Shown here: positions 1 through 11,512 of the stretch, one piece after another
Layout: each line of letters starts with the position of its first letter
Position numbering within the stretch: position 1 is the first letter of the stretch
DNA from: Mycobacterium tuberculosis H37Rv
GTDB taxonomy: Bacteria > Actinomycetota > Actinomycetes > Mycobacteriales > Mycobacteriaceae
Reading direction: 5' to 3'
Length of the DNA stretch: 32,000 nucleotides
Assembly: GCF_000195955.2 (NCBI RefSeq)
Contig: NC_000962.3
Coordinates: forward strand, 2,910,001-2,942,000
Notes under the pieces: model-generated
Seen by the model: the letters and a program-made list of their open reading frames with translations, nothing else
The model's database searches: none
What the model was told of the DNA's origin: nothing
Made by a program: the position numbers and the translations under genes

Positions 1-198
1 CGGCTCGAGCACCGGATTGGTGGTGCTGCGCTGGGCGGTCATCCGCCGGGCCAATCGGGCCCGCACCCGACGCGACGCGCTGATGCTGGTCTTAAGAGTC
101 TCGACCGGCGACTCGGGCGTCTCGAGAGCGGGCTCGAGAGCCGCAGAAGCCTCCGTGGGCGGTGCAACCGCTTGCGCCGTGAGCTGGTCCTCGGCCAC
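1..198 (-). CDS. relA: Bifunctional (p)ppGpp synthetase/hydrolase, N-terminal fragment only (truncated by window edge)
   Basis: Reverse strand reads GTG-AEDQLTAQAVAPPTEASAALEPALETPESPVETLKTSISASRRVRARLARRMTAQRSTTNPVLEP, open to the window edge. It lies directly downstream of apt. Identity is by recognition of the mycobacterial RelA N-terminus. Confidence 0.8.
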   Translation of the reverse strand, partial: MAEDQLTAQAVAPPTEASAALEPALETPESPVETLKTSISASRRVRARLARRMTAQRSTTNPVLEP

Positions 199-228
199 GT
201 TCGTCACCTCCGACCTAGAGGATATCCC

Positions 229-900
229 TCACAGGCGGCTCAGGCTGTGCACCGGCAGCGGTGCGAGCGCCGCGCGACCGCTCAACCCCGCAAGTTCCAC
301 CACTACGGCCGCCCCGGCCACGTTGGCGCCACCGCGCTCAAGCAGGCGTCGCGTCGCGCCGATGGTGCCGCCGGTTGCTAACACGTCGTCAATGATCACG
401 ACACGGCGGCCCGCAACCTCGATGCCCTCAGCGAGAATCTCCAGAGTGGCGGCGCCGTACGCCCTGTAGTACTCCTCGCTGAGCACCGGCCGGGGCAGCT
501 TGCCGCCCTTGCGAACGGCCAGCACACCCACTTCGAGCCGGGTGGCGACCGCGGCTGCCACCAGAAACCCGCGGGCGTCGACGCCGGCCACCAGGTCAGC
601 TCCGGACGCCCGATCGGCCAGCGCTTCGGTTACCGCGGCCAATCCTCTTCGGTCGGCGAATAGCGGGGTGAGGTCCTTGAACTCGACGCCGGGAACCGGA
701 AAGTCGGCCACATCCCGGGTCAGCGACGCAACCACGTCGGCCACAGATATGGCTGAGCTCCGGCGGGACTCACCGAGCGCCAATACCCGCCCGTCGTCGA
801 CCCAACGCTGCCGGCGGCGCTTCCCCCGTGCCTTTAAGGAGAGCCCCGTCGCGATCACGTTCAACACGTAGTCACCAGCCCATGTACCGCCATGGCACAC
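229..900 (-). CDS. apt: Adenine phosphoribosyltransferase (223 aa as the longest ORF; probable true start near 744)
   Basis: PRTase signature [22 protein letters not shown] and [16 protein letters not shown]; the gene just before relA. Confidence 0.93.
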
Positions 901-1003
901 ATCCTCTCCCAGACAGCCCGGAGCACCTGCGACACTACGCTCCGATAGGTCCGCTTCTCGTCGTGGAATTCTGTCAATTACCTGCAGATGGCACTGGCCA
1001 TCG

Positions 1004-2677
1004 TCACCGCGCCAGCGCCCAGCGATCCATGTTCCACCCTGCCCCCCATCGCGTCGGATTCCTGCTCACCGCATACATTTTCGTCGACATCAACAACGTG
1101 CGCTGCTGCCGGTACAACGGCAAGGTTGGCATCTCATCCCAGAGCACCGGCGCGGCCTCGGCAAGCAACCTGGCCCGCTCGGCGGGGTCGGCCGACACCG
1201 CGAGCGCGCTGATGATGCCGTCGATCTGAGCGTTTGCGTACCCCGATAGATTGTTTCCGTTGCCGCTGTGCAAGTCATAGGCATCCATCGCACACGATCC
1301 GCTCGATCCGCTGCCGGTGGCCCCACCGGTGCTCGCCAACAATACGTCAATCTTTCCGTCCCGCAGCGCTTGCGGTCCGGGTGTGTCCACCGTCACATCC
1401 GAAACGGTGATCCCGGCCGGGGCGCAGGCGTCGGCAATGGTTCCGATGGTGGCCGCCAACCGAGCGTTGGGCCTGCCGTAGCCGATCCGCACGGTCAGCG
1501 GCGTACCACCCAGCGCGTCGCGAGCGGCGGCGGGGTCCACCCGGCCGAACTGACGTGCTTCGGCGGCGCCGTCGGCATCGGTGAGGGCATCGTCGGTCGC
1601 CGGGGACAGCCGCGAGTTGGCAATCGGAACCCCGGCATCCCGAGCGATCGCGTCCCGGGGTACACACAACGCGAGCGCGCGGCGGGTGCGGCTTTGCGCG
1701 AGTGAACCTTGTGGTGCGAAGATCAGCTGCTCGATCCCGGCCGACGGGTAGTCGGTGCGCTGGTAGCTGTCGGGGGTTACCAGGGATCCCGATGAACCGG
1801 CCGCGACGTCGACCACGTCGACGCTGCGGTTGTTGACCCGGTCTTGGATATCGGCTCCCTGCGGCCAGACGGTGATCCGCTTCGTGATCGCCTTGGTGCC
1901 CCACCAACGATCATTGGCGACGAGCACCACGGCGCCATCGTCCAGGACGGATTCGATCTTGTACGGTCCCGACGAGGGGAAGCGGCTGCGGACTTCGTCG
2001 TGGCTGCGGCCCGGCTTGAGGTCCCACGTGGAATTCCACAGTCGCGCAATCTGTTCCACCGCTGACACGTTGTTGCTTAGCAACGCCGCGGTAACATCGA
2101 TGTGCAGCTGGTCGGCGATCACGTGCGACGGCATCAGCGACGTCGCGGTGAACAGCTGGGAGTGGTCAACGACACTGCGATCCGGGATGAACGACACCCG
2201 GGCCTTTTTCTGCCCCGCCGTGCACTCGATGTTGGCGATGTCGACATAGCCGGCCTGCGTAGCAGCGTCGAAGCCGGGAAAGCGGCCGGATTGTGCCGCC
2301 CAGGCCAATACCAGGTCGTCACAGGTCACCGGCCTGCCGTCGGAATAGACGGCGTCGTCGGAGATCTGGTAGTCGAGGATCAACGGCGACCCCTCCACCA
2401 CCGAGACCGTTCCGAAGTCGCGGTCAGCCACCACTTGGCCGTCGGGGCCGTGATAGCCAAACCCGGTGAGAGTCCGGGCGAATGCCTGCGCCCCGGCCGA
2501 CGCGGCACCGATGACGGTATTGGTGTTGTAGGTGACCAGCGCGCCGTCGACCACGTAGTCGATCTGAGCCGCGGCGCTGCCCGAACACGCGGTCAGCGTG
2601 GTTGCGGCGACCAACGTCGCGGTACCAACGACTCGCAGGCCGGCGATGCGCGTATGACGCCGGCGGCGGGGGGCCAC
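1004..2677 (-). CDS. Putative peptide/dipeptide ABC-type substrate-binding lipoprotein (SBP family 5)
   Basis: 557 aa. N-terminal signal [31 protein letters not shown] with lipobox LTAC, then an SBP_bac_5-like body. Position matches Rv2585c. Confidence 0.85.
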   Translation of the reverse strand: MAPRRRRHTRIAGLRVVGTATLVAATTLTACSGSAAAQIDYVVDGALVTYNTNTVIGAASAGAQAFARTLTGFGYHGPDGQVVADRDFGTVSVVEGSPLILDYQISDDAVYSDGRPVTCDDLVLAWAAQSGRFPGFDAATQAGYVDIANIECTAGQKKARVSFIPDRSVVDHSQLFTATSLMPSHVIADQLHIDVTAALLSNNVSAVEQIARLWNSTWDLKPGRSHDEVRSRFPSSGPYKIESVLDDGAVVLVANDRWWGTKAITKRITVWPQGADIQDRVNNRSVDVVDVAAGSSGSLVTPDSYQRTDYPSAGIEQLIFAPQGSLAQSRTRRALALCVPRDAIARDAGVPIANSRLSPATDDALTDADGAAEARQFGRVDPAAARDALGGTPLTVRIGYGRPNARLAATIGTIADACAPAGITVSDVTVDTPGPQALRDGKIDVLLASTGGATGSGSSGSCAMDAYDLHSGNGNNLSGYANAQIDGIISALAVSADPAERARLLAEAAPVLWDEMPTLPLYRQQRTLLMSTKMYAVSRNPTRWGAGWNMDRWALAR

Positions 2678-2682
2678 CGCGC

Positions 2683-4011
2683 CTACCGCCGACCGGCGTT
2701 CCGCTTGCCGGTCGGACGCCTGGTACCGACGGGACGCACTGGGCGCGCCCCCGGCGCCGGCTTGCTGGAGCCCTGGGCCGCCCGCGGGGCGGATTGGCTG
2801 CTGGCCTGCGTGATCCCCACCAGCGACTGTTCATCAGCGGCTGCCGGCTGCTCGCCGCCATCCGTGCTGGCGTCCTCTGATCCCGCCGGCGAGCCGGAGT
2901 TACGCCGTTTGAGCACCCGACGGGTGTGGTTGCGCACCAACTCCGTGCGCTCACGGAGGGTAACCAACAGCGGCGTGGCGAAGAAGATTGACGAGTAGGT
3001 GCCGATGATGATGCCGATCAGCTGCACCAGCGCCAGGTCTTTGAGAGTGCCGACGCCCAGCAGCCAGACCGCCACCACCATCAGCGCCAACACCGGCAAC
3101 ACGCCGATCAGGCTGGTGTTGATCGACCGCATGAACGTCTGGTTGATCGCCAGGTTGGCCTGCTCGGCGAAGGTGCGCCGGGTGGTGTGCTGGAAGCCAT
3201 GGGTGTTCTCCTCGACCTTGTCGAACACGATGACGGTGTCATAGAGCGAGAACCCGAGAATGGTCAGCAGGCCGATGACCGTGGCCGGGGTGACTTCGAA
3301 ACCCACCAGGGAATACACGCCGGCGGTGACGGTCAGGTCGAAGAGCATGGCCGTTATCGCCGAGATGGTCATGTAGCGCTCGTAGCGCACGGTAATGTAG
3401 AGGGCGACCAGCACCAGAAACACCACCAGCGCGATCACCGCCTTCTTGGTGATCTGACCGCCCCAGGTCTCCGACACCGCCGAGTCGCTGATGGCCTGCT
3501 TGCTGGGCTGACCGTCGGTTCCCTTGGGCCCGAAGGCCTCGAATAGGGCGTCCCGCAGCTTGGCCGTCTGGTCGCTGGTCAGCGTCTCCGAACGAATCTG
3601 CACCGTCGCCGAAGCACCGGCCCCGACGATCACCACCGACTGGGGCTCACTGCCGAGGGCCCGGTAGTAGACGTCTTCGACCTGCGCGACTTGGGTGCTG
3701 CCACGCGGGAACGACACCGTGGTACCGCCTTTGAAATCGATGCCGAAGGTGAACCCACGAAAGACGATGCTGGCGATGGCCACCGCGACGATCGCACCGC
3801 TCACGCCAAACCACAACCGGCGGCGTCCCACTACCTCAAACGCCCCGGTGCCGGTGTACAGGCGCGAAAGGAAGCTATGGTGCCCCAGCTTCGAGGCGGT
3901 GTCTGTGGTGCTGTCGCCGTCGGTCCGCGCCACAGCACTCTCGGTGGCCTCGGTGAGTTCGACCGCCGACGTGGCTTCGTCGTCGCGGCCGGTCTTTGCT
4001 TTCGACGCCAT
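2683..4011 (-). CDS. secF: Protein-export membrane protein SecF
   Basis: 442 aa. SecF features such as GIDFKGGT, ATPATVIGLLTILGFSLYDTVIVFDKVEEN and NQTFMRSINTSL; adjacent to secD. Confidence 0.97.
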   Translation of the reverse strand: MASKAKTGRDDEATSAVELTEATESAVARTDGDSTTDTASKLGHHSFLSRLYTGTGAFEVVGRRRLWFGVSGAIVAVAIASIVFRGFTFGIDFKGGTTVSFPRGSTQVAQVEDVYYRALGSEPQSVVIVGAGASATVQIRSETLTSDQTAKLRDALFEAFGPKGTDGQPSKQAISDSAVSETWGGQITKKAVIALVVFLVLVALYITVRYERYMTISAITAMLFDLTVTAGVYSLVGFEVTPATVIGLLTILGFSLYDTVIVFDKVEENTHGFQHTTRRTFAEQANLAINQTFMRSINTSLIGVLPVLALMVVAVWLLGVGTLKDLALVQLIGIIIGTYSSIFFATPLLVTLRERTELVRNHTRRVLKRRNSGSPAGSEDASTDGGEQPAAADEQSLVGITQASSQSAPRAAQGSSKPAPGARPVRPVGTRRPTGKRNAGRR

Positions 4012-4014
4012 CGG

Positions 4015-5736
4015 CTATCCCCGTCCCGTCCGAGCCATGGCCCGGCGTTCGCGTGCGACCTGCTGCACCGCTCCCAGGCCGTTGTATGCCGGCTTGGCCA
4101 GCAGCGACGATTTGGACGCCAGATACACCAACGGCCACGTCACCAAGAACACCACGACGAGGTCCAGGATCGTGGTGAGGCCCAGGGTGAACGCGAACCC
4201 CTTCACCTGACCGATCGCCAGAAAGTACAGCACGGCAGCGGCCAGGAAAGTGACGGCGTTGCCCGACACGATCGTCTTGCGGGCACGCGCCCAACCGCGC
4301 GGCACTGCCGACCGGAACGAACGGCCTTCGCGGATCTCGTCTTTGATGCGTTCGAAGAACACCACGAACGAGTCGGCGGTGGTCCCGATACCGATGATCA
4401 GGCCCGCAATACCAGCCAGATCTAGGGTGTAGTTGATATATCGGCCCAAGAGCACCAGGATCGCAAAAACCATTGAGCCAGAAGCCACTAGCGACAAGGC
4501 CGTGAGCAGTCCCAGCACTCGGTAGTAGAGCAGCGAATACACCAGCACCAACAGCAGGCCGATCGCACCCGCGATCATGCCCGCGCGCAGCGATGACAAC
4601 CCCAAGGTCGCCGAAACCGTTTGGGCTTCCGACGGTTCGAAGGACAGCGGCAGCGACCCGTACTTGAGGACGTTGGCGAGCTGGCGTGCGGTCGCCGCGG
4701 TGAATGGCGGATCCCCACCGCTGATCTGGGTTCGGCCGCCGGGGATCGCTTCCTGGATCTGCGGTGCACTGACAACCTGCGAGTCCAGGGTGAACGCCGT
4801 CTGGGTGCCGATATGGGCGGCGGTGTAGTCGGCCCAGATGTTGGCCGCCGGACCCTTGAACTGCAGGTCGACGACGTAGCCGATGCCGCGCTGGTCCATA
4901 CCCGAGGTGGCGTTTTGGATCTGGTCGCCGCTGATGATCGACGGCGCCAGCAGGTACGCGGTCTTGTGGTCGGTCGAGCAGGTCACCAACGGCAGTTTCG
5001 GGTCGTCGTTGCCGGCCAAAATGTCGTCGCTCTCGCAGCGGGTCGCCTGGAATTGCAGTGCAACCATCTGCATGTATTGGTTGGTGCTCTGCCGCAGCTT
5101 CTTCTCCTGGGCGATGCGCTCGGCGAGATCCTTGCGCGGATCCGTGGCCGGCGCCTCAGCGGGCGGCGCCGGCGGCGGGCTGGCCGGTGAGGTCGGGTTG
5201 GGCGATGGCGCCGGGTCCTGCGGATAGGGCCGCGGTTGGGCCCCAGGTTGCGGTGAAGCCGGCGCCCCCGATTGGGCTGGCGGCGGTGCGGCGGGTTGAC
5301 CGGGCGGCTGCGGTTCGGCGCTGGGTGCCGGCTGCGGTTCTTCGGCTGCGGGCTGCGCCGGCATCGAGTTGAGCACCGGCCGGATGTACAGCCGAGCGGT
5401 CTGTCCGAGGTTGCGTGCCTCGCTGCCGTCGTTGCCGGGCACCGTGATGACCAGGTTGTCACCGTCGACGACCACCTCCGACCCGGACACTCCCAGCCCG
5501 TTGACCCGCGCGCTGATGATTTGCTGCGCCTGTGCCAGCGCTTCCCGGCTCGGGGCCGAGCCGTCCGGTGTGCGCGCGGTCAGCGTGACCCTGGTGCCGC
5601 CCTGCAGGTCAATGCCGAGTTTGGGGGCGGTGTGCTTGTCCCCGGTGAAAAACACCAGCAAATAGATGCCGATCAGCATCACCAGGAACACCGACAGGTA
5701 ACGGGCAGGGTGCACCGGCGCCGAAGACGATGCCAC
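4015..5736 (-). CDS. secD: Protein-export membrane protein SecD
   Basis: 573 aa. [41 protein letters not shown] and [23 protein letters not shown]. Confidence 0.97.
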   Translation of the reverse strand: MASSSAPVHPARYLSVFLVMLIGIYLLVFFTGDKHTAPKLGIDLQGGTRVTLTARTPDGSAPSREALAQAQQIISARVNGLGVSGSEVVVDGDNLVITVPGNDGSEARNLGQTARLYIRPVLNSMPAQPAAEEPQPAPSAEPQPPGQPAAPPPAQSGAPASPQPGAQPRPYPQDPAPSPNPTSPASPPPAPPAEAPATDPRKDLAERIAQEKKLRQSTNQYMQMVALQFQATRCESDDILAGNDDPKLPLVTCSTDHKTAYLLAPSIISGDQIQNATSGMDQRGIGYVVDLQFKGPAANIWADYTAAHIGTQTAFTLDSQVVSAPQIQEAIPGGRTQISGGDPPFTAATARQLANVLKYGSLPLSFEPSEAQTVSATLGLSSLRAGMIAGAIGLLLVLVYSLLYYRVLGLLTALSLVASGSMVFAILVLLGRYINYTLDLAGIAGLIIGIGTTADSFVVFFERIKDEIREGRSFRSAVPRGWARARKTIVSGNAVTFLAAAVLYFLAIGQVKGFAFTLGLTTILDLVVVFLVTWPLVYLASKSSLLAKPAYNGLGAVQQVARERRAMARTGRG

Positions 5737-5845
5737 GTTCCTTGTATCTCCTCGAGAATCAGTTTTCTACCCCCGACAGAGCCTACGTGTCGCGCCGGGG
5801 CGCGTCGCGCAAGCGGCTCGTCGGTTCCGGTCGGCCGGTTGCCGG

Positions 5846-6196
5846 TCAGGAATCGTTGGTCACCCGGCGCTCGCCGGCCACGTCGTCAACATCCTTGTCA
5901 AGGTCCTCGTTGAGCTCCTCGTCGATGTCGTCGTCCGGCAGAATTCGGTCACGAATCGCCAACTTCATCCACGTGGTGACCACCCCGGGCGCGATCTCGA
6001 GGTCGATGGTGTCGTCGGCAATGGCGACGATGGTGGCTTCCAGCCCAGAAGTCGTGTGTACCCGCTCCCCGGGCTGCAACGAGTCGTGCAGATCGATGGT
6101 GGCTTGCATGGCCCGTCGCTGGCGGCGCGACGCGAAGTACATGAACCCACCCATGATGAGCAGGAACGGCAAGAACAAAACGAAACTCTCCATCAA
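5846..6196 (-). CDS. yajC: Preprotein translocase subunit YajC
   Basis: 116 aa (115 aa if the second Met is used). FLPFLLIMGGFMYFASRRQRR and LQPGERVHTTSGLEATIVAI; upstream of secD. Confidence 0.95.
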   Translation of the reverse strand: MMESFVLFLPFLLIMGGFMYFASRRQRRAMQATIDLHDSLQPGERVHTTSGLEATIVAIADDTIDLEIAPGVVTTWMKLAIRDRILPDDDIDEELNEDLDKDVDDVAGERRVTNDS

Positions 6197-6359
6197 CCCG
6201 TCTTTCGTATTGGTATTGCGATCACGGTGCCAGGCCTACCCGCGGGCCGCGCACCTGGTAACAGTCCAGTGTGCCCGTCCAGTCTGGCAGGCCGGAAACA
6301 TCGGTCAGCAGATAGGCTTTACCAGCGATGTGAACCGGCGAGCCGGGTGAGGAGGATCT

Positions 6360-7709
6360 GTGGCCAGCCTGCAGCAGAGTCGGCGCCTGGTCACCGAAAT
6401 CCCCGGTCCCGCATCGCAGGCACTGACTCACCGCCGGGCGGCGGCGGTGTCCAGCGGTGTTGGGGTCACCCTGCCGGTGTTCGTAGCCCGCGCCGGCGGC
6501 GGCATCGTGGAAGACGTGGACGGTAACCGGCTCATCGACCTGGGTTCGGGCATCGCAGTGACGACGATCGGCAACTCGTCGCCACGCGTGGTGGATGCGG
6601 TGCGCACGCAGGTGGCCGAATTTACCCACACCTGCTTCATGGTGACGCCATACGAGGGGTACGTGGCCGTCGCCGAGCAACTCAACCGGATTACCCCAGG
6701 TTCGGGCCCCAAGCGCTCGGTGTTGTTCAATTCCGGCGCCGAGGCAGTCGAGAACGCCGTCAAGATCGCACGCTCCTACACCGGCAAGCCCGCGGTGGTG
6801 GCGTTCGACCACGCCTACCACGGTCGCACCAACCTAACGATGGCGCTGACCGCCAAGTCGATGCCCTACAAGAGCGGCTTCGGTCCGTTCGCGCCGGAGA
6901 TCTACCGAGCGCCATTGTCTTACCCCTATCGGGACGGCCTCCTCGATAAGCAACTGGCTACCAATGGTGAGCTAGCCGCGGCCCGAGCCATCGGCGTCAT
7001 CGACAAGCAGGTAGGCGCGAACAACCTGGCCGCCCTCGTCATCGAACCGATCCAGGGCGAAGGCGGTTTCATCGTTCCGGCCGAAGGGTTCCTACCTGCC
7101 CTCCTCGATTGGTGCCGCAAGAACCATGTGGTGTTCATCGCCGACGAGGTGCAAACCGGCTTTGCCCGTACCGGGGCGATGTTCGCCTGCGAGCACGAGG
7201 GCCCCGACGGTCTAGAGCCCGACCTGATCTGCACGGCCAAAGGCATCGCCGATGGATTGCCGCTGTCGGCGGTCACCGGCCGCGCCGAGATCATGAACGC
7301 CCCGCACGTGGGCGGCCTGGGCGGCACGTTCGGCGGCAACCCGGTGGCCTGTGCGGCCGCGCTGGCCACCATCGCAACCATCGAAAGCGACGGGCTGATC
7401 GAGCGGGCCCGCCAGATCGAACGCCTGGTGACCGACCGGTTGACGACGCTGCAGGCCGTCGACGACCGGATCGGCGACGTGCGTGGTCGCGGCGCCATGA
7501 TCGCCGTAGAGCTGGTCAAATCCGGAACCACCGAGCCCGACGCCGGGCTGACCGAGCGGCTGGCGACCGCGGCCCACGCCGCCGGCGTCATCATTTTGAC
7601 CTGCGGCATGTTCGGCAACATCATCCGGCTACTGCCGCCGCTGACCATCGGCGACGAGCTGCTGAGTGAGGGGCTGGACATCGTGTGCGCGATCTTGGCC
7701 GACCTCTGA
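6360..7709 (+). CDS. gabT: 4-aminobutyrate aminotransferase (class III PLP aminotransferase)
   Basis: 449 aa with GTG start preceded by GAGGAGG. Motifs VLFNSGAEAVENAVKIAR, FIADEVQTGFARTG and GTFGGNPVACAAAL. Confidence 0.95.
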   Translation: MASLQQSRRLVTEIPGPASQALTHRRAAAVSSGVGVTLPVFVARAGGGIVEDVDGNRLIDLGSGIAVTTIGNSSPRVVDAVRTQVAEFTHTCFMVTPYEGYVAVAEQLNRITPGSGPKRSVLFNSGAEAVENAVKIARSYTGKPAVVAFDHAYHGRTNLTMALTAKSMPYKSGFGPFAPEIYRAPLSYPYRDGLLDKQLATNGELAAARAIGVIDKQVGANNLAALVIEPIQGEGGFIVPAEGFLPALLDWCRKNHVVFIADEVQTGFARTGAMFACEHEGPDGLEPDLICTAKGIADGLPLSAVTGRAEIMNAPHVGGLGGTFGGNPVACAAALATIATIESDGLIERARQIERLVTDRLTTLQAVDDRIGDVRGRGAMIAVELVKSGTTEPDAGLTERLATAAHAAGVIILTCGMFGNIIRLLPPLTIGDELLSEGLDIVCAILADL

Positions 7710-7870
7710 CGGCCTGCCGGCCCCGACTGCGTCATCCCGTGCCGCATCTCACAGCCGATCAGCAGCAGGCTTGCATTGTGTAATATATTTACTTTAGCTA
7801 ACGTTCTATTGGTCGGGCGCAGCGCCGCGCCGTCGATTTCCCACCCTTTCCGGCACGCCGAGGTGACCGC

Positions 7871-10800
7871 ATGTCGATCAACGATCAGCGACTGACACGC
7901 CGCGTCGAGGACCTATACGCCAGCGACGCCCAGTTCGCCGCCGCCAGTCCCAACGAGGCGATCACCCAGGCGATCGACCAGCCCGGGGTCGCGCTTCCAC
8001 AGCTCATCCGTATGGTCATGGAGGGCTACGCCGATCGGCCGGCACTCGGCCAGCGTGCGCTCCGCTTCGTCACCGACCCCGACAGCGGCCGCACCATGGT
8101 CGAGCTACTGCCGCGGTTCGAGACCATCACCTACCGCGAACTGTGGGCCCGCGCCGGCACATTGGCCACCGCGTTGAGCGCTGAGCCCGCGATCCGGCCG
8201 GGCGACCGGGTTTGCGTGCTGGGCTTCAACAGCGTCGACTACACAACCATCGACATCGCGCTGATCCGGTTGGGCGCCGTGTCGGTTCCACTGCAGACCA
8301 GTGCGCCGGTCACCGGGTTGCGCCCGATCGTCACCGAGACCGAGCCGACGATGATCGCCACCAGCATCGACAATCTTGGCGACGCCGTCGAAGTGCTGGC
8401 CGGTCACGCCCCGGCCCGGCTGGTCGTATTCGATTACCACGGCAAGGTTGACACCCACCGCGAGGCCGTCGAAGCCGCCCGAGCTCGGTTGGCCGGCTCG
8501 GTGACCATCGACACACTTGCCGAACTGATCGAACGCGGCAGGGCGCTGCCGGCCACACCCATTGCCGACAGCGCCGACGACGCGCTGGCGCTGCTGATTT
8601 ACACCTCGGGTAGTACCGGCGCACCCAAAGGCGCCATGTATCGCGAGAGCCAGGTGATGAGCTTCTGGCGCAAGTCGAGTGGCTGGTTCGAGCCGAGCGG
8701 TTACCCCTCGATCACGCTGAACTTCATGCCGATGAGCCACGTCGGGGGCCGTCAGGTGCTCTACGGGACGCTTTCCAACGGCGGTACCGCCTACTTCGTC
8801 GCCAAGAGCGACCTGTCGACGCTGTTCGAGGACCTCGCCCTGGTGCGGCCCACAGAATTGTGCTTCGTGCCGCGCATCTGGGACATGGTGTTCGCAGAGT
8901 TCCACAGCGAGGTCGACCGCCGCTTGGTGGACGGCGCCGATCGAGCGGCGCTGGAAGCGCAGGTGAAGGCCGAGCTGCGGGAGAACGTGCTCGGCGGACG
9001 GTTTGTCATGGCGCTGACCGGTTCCGCGCCGATCTCCGCTGAGATGACGGCGTGGGTCGAGTCCCTGCTGGCCGACGTGCATTTGGTGGAGGGTTACGGC
9101 TCCACCGAGGCCGGGATGGTCCTGAACGACGGCATGGTGCGGCGCCCCGCGGTGATCGACTACAAGCTGGTCGACGTGCCCGAGCTGGGCTACTTCGGCA
9201 CCGATCAGCCCTACCCCCGGGGCGAGCTGCTGGTCAAGACGCAAACCATGTTCCCCGGCTACTACCAGCGCCCGGATGTCACCGCCGAGGTGTTCGACCC
9301 CGACGGCTTCTACCGGACCGGGGACATCATGGCCAAAGTAGGCCCCGACCAGTTCGTCTACCTCGACCGCCGCAACAACGTGCTAAAGCTCTCCCAGGGC
9401 GAGTTCATCGCCGTGTCGAAGCTCGAGGCGGTGTTCGGCGACAGCCCGCTGGTCCGACAGATCTTCATCTACGGCAACAGTGCCCGGGCCTACCCGCTGG
9501 CGGTGGTTGTCCCGTCCGGGGACGCGCTTTCTCGCCATGGCATCGAGAATCTCAAGCCCGTGATCAGCGAGTCCCTGCAGGAGGTAGCGAGGGCGGCCGG
9601 CCTGCAATCCTACGAGATTCCACGCGACTTCATCATCGAAACCACGCCGTTCACCCTGGAGAACGGCCTGCTCACCGGCATCCGCAAGCTGGCACGCCCG
9701 CAGTTGAAGAAGTTCTATGGCGAACGTCTCGAGCGGCTCTATACCGAGCTGGCCGATAGCCAATCCAACGAGCTGCGCGAGCTGCGGCAAAGCGGTCCCG
9801 ATGCGCCGGTGCTTCCGACGCTGTGCCGTGCCGCGGCTGCGTTGCTGGGCTCTACCGCTGCGGATGTGCGGCCGGACGCGCACTTCGCCGACCTGGGTGG
9901 TGACTCGCTCTCGGCGCTGTCGTTGGCCAACCTGCTGCACGAGATCTTCGGCGTCGACGTGCCGGTGGGTGTCATTGTCAGCCCGGCAAGCGACCTGCGG
10001 GCCCTGGCCGACCACATCGAAGCAGCGCGCACCGGCGTCAGGCGACCCAGCTTCGCCTCGATACACGGTCGCTCCGCGACGGAAGTGCACGCCAGCGACC
10101 TCACGCTGGACAAGTTCATCGACGCTGCCACCCTGGCCGCAGCCCCGAACCTGCCGGCACCGAGCGCCCAAGTGCGCACCGTACTGCTGACCGGCGCCAC
10201 CGGCTTTTTGGGTCGCTACCTGGCGCTGGAATGGCTCGACCGCATGGACCTGGTCAACGGCAAGCTGATCTGCCTGGTCCGCGCCAGATCCGACGAGGAA
10301 GCACAAGCCCGGCTGGACGCGACGTTCGATAGCGGCGACCCGTATTTGGTGCGGCACTACCGCGAATTGGGCGCCGGCCGCCTCGAGGTGCTCGCCGGCG
10401 ACAAGGGCGAGGCCGACCTGGGCCTGGACCGGGTCACCTGGCAGCGGCTAGCCGACACGGTGGACCTGATCGTGGACCCCGCGGCCCTGGTCAACCACGT
10501 GCTGCCGTATAGCCAGCTGTTCGGCCCAAACGCGGCGGGCACCGCCGAGTTGCTTCGGCTGGCGCTGACCGGCAAGCGCAAGCCATACATCTACACCTCG
10601 ACGATCGCCGTGGGCGAGCAGATCCCGCCGGAGGCGTTCACCGAGGACGCCGACATCCGGGCCATCAGCCCGACCCGCAGGATCGACGACAGCTACGCCA
10701 ACGGCTACGCGAACAGCAAGTGGGCCGGCGAGGTGCTGCTGCGCGAAGCTCACGAGCAGTGCGGCCTGCCGGTGACGGTCTTCCGCTGCGACATGATCCT

Positions 10801-11377
10801 GGCCGACACCAGCTATACCGGTCAGCTCAACCTGCCGGACATGTTCACCCGGCTGATGCTGAGCCTGGCCGCTACCGGCATCGCACCCGGTTCGTTCTAT
10901 GAGCTGGATGCGCACGGCAATCGGCAACGCGCCCACTATGACGGCTTGCCGGTCGAATTCGTCGCAGAAGCCATTTGCACCCTTGGGACACATAGCCCGG
11001 ACCGTTTTGTCACCTACCACGTGATGAACCCCTACGACGACGGCATCGGGCTGGACGAGTTCGTCGACTGGCTCAACTCCCCAACTAGCGGGTCCGGTTG
11101 CACGATCCAGCGGATCGCCGACTACGGCGAGTGGCTGCAGCGGTTCGAGACTTCGCTGCGTGCCTTGCCGGATCGCCAGCGCCACGCCTCGCTGCTGCCC
11201 TTGCTGCACAACTACCGAGAGCCTGCAAAGCCGATATGCGGGTCAATCGCGCCCACCGACCAGTTCCGCGCTGCCGTCCAAGAAGCGAAAATCGGTCCGG
11301 ACAAAGACATTCCGCACCTCACGGCGGCGATCATCGCGAAGTACATCAGCAACCTGCGACTGCTCGGGCTGCTGTGA
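7871..11377 (+). CDS. fadD9: Carboxylic acid reductase (adenylation - phosphopantetheinyl carrier - thioester reductase), annotated as fatty-acid-CoA ligase
   Basis: 1168 aa. Adenylation motif [17 protein letters not shown], carrier motif [13 protein letters not shown] and NAD(P)-binding reductase motif [24 protein letters not shown] ribosome-binding site upstream of ATG. Confidence 0.96.
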   Translation: MSINDQRLTRRVEDLYASDAQFAAASPNEAITQAIDQPGVALPQLIRMVMEGYADRPALGQRALRFVTDPDSGRTMVELLPRFETITYRELWARAGTLATALSAEPAIRPGDRVCVLGFNSVDYTTIDIALIRLGAVSVPLQTSAPVTGLRPIVTETEPTMIATSIDNLGDAVEVLAGHAPARLVVFDYHGKVDTHREAVEAARARLAGSVTIDTLAELIERGRALPATPIADSADDALALLIYTSGSTGAPKGAMYRESQVMSFWRKSSGWFEPSGYPSITLNFMPMSHVGGRQVLYGTLSNGGTAYFVAKSDLSTLFEDLALVRPTELCFVPRIWDMVFAEFHSEVDRRLVDGADRAALEAQVKAELRENVLGGRFVMALTGSAPISAEMTAWVESLLADVHLVEGYGSTEAGMVLNDGMVRRPAVIDYKLVDVPELGYFGTDQPYPRGELLVKTQTMFPGYYQRPDVTAEVFDPDGFYRTGDIMAKVGPDQFVYLDRRNNVLKLSQGEFIAVSKLEAVFGDSPLVRQIFIYGNSARAYPLAVVVPSGDALSRHGIENLKPVISESLQEVARAAGLQSYEIPRDFIIETTPFTLENGLLTGIRKLARPQLKKFYGERLERLYTELADSQSNELRELRQSGPDAPVLPTLCRAAAALLGSTAADVRPDAHFADLGGDSLSALSLANLLHEIFGVDVPVGVIVSPASDLRALADHIEAARTGVRRPSFASIHGRSATEVHASDLTLDKFIDAATLAAAPNLPAPSAQVRTVLLTGATGFLGRYLALEWLDRMDLVNGKLICLVRARSDEEAQARLDATFDSGDPYLVRHYRELGAGRLEVLAGDKGEADLGLDRVTWQRLADTVDLIVDPAALVNHVLPYSQLFGPNAAGTAELLRLALTGKRKPYIYTSTIAVGEQIPPEAFTEDADIRAISPTRRIDDSYANGYANSKWAGEVLLREAHEQCGLPVTVFRCDMILADTSYTGQLNLPDMFTRLMLSLAATGIAPGSFYELDAHGNRQRAHYDGLPVEFVAEAICTLGTHSPDRFVTYHVMNPYDDGIGLDEFVDWLNSPTSGSGCTIQRIADYGEWLQRFETSLRALPDRQRHASLLPLLHNYREPAKPICGSIAPTDQFRAAVQEAKIGPDKDIPHLTAAIIAKYISNLRLLGLL

Positions 11378-11512
11378 TCGGGCCTGGCCGCCGCGGCGCC
11401 GGGTAACCAAGCAGCCCGTTACGCCCAGTTCGCCTATGAGAAGGCAGTAAGAAGCGCGAAAAATGGCAGACCCCGACGGAGGCCCTCTGAAAGAGTCTTG
11501 ATCATCAGGGCG

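Noticed and set aside
2102-2998. 298-aa plus-strand ORF opposite the lipoprotein and secF junction.
   Set aside because: Fully antisense to strongly supported genes, with no domain or initiation signals.
7791-7803. ACTTTAGCTAACG considered as an IdeR iron box.
   Set aside because: Only a short core resembles the 19-bp consensus; the flanking bases do not match.
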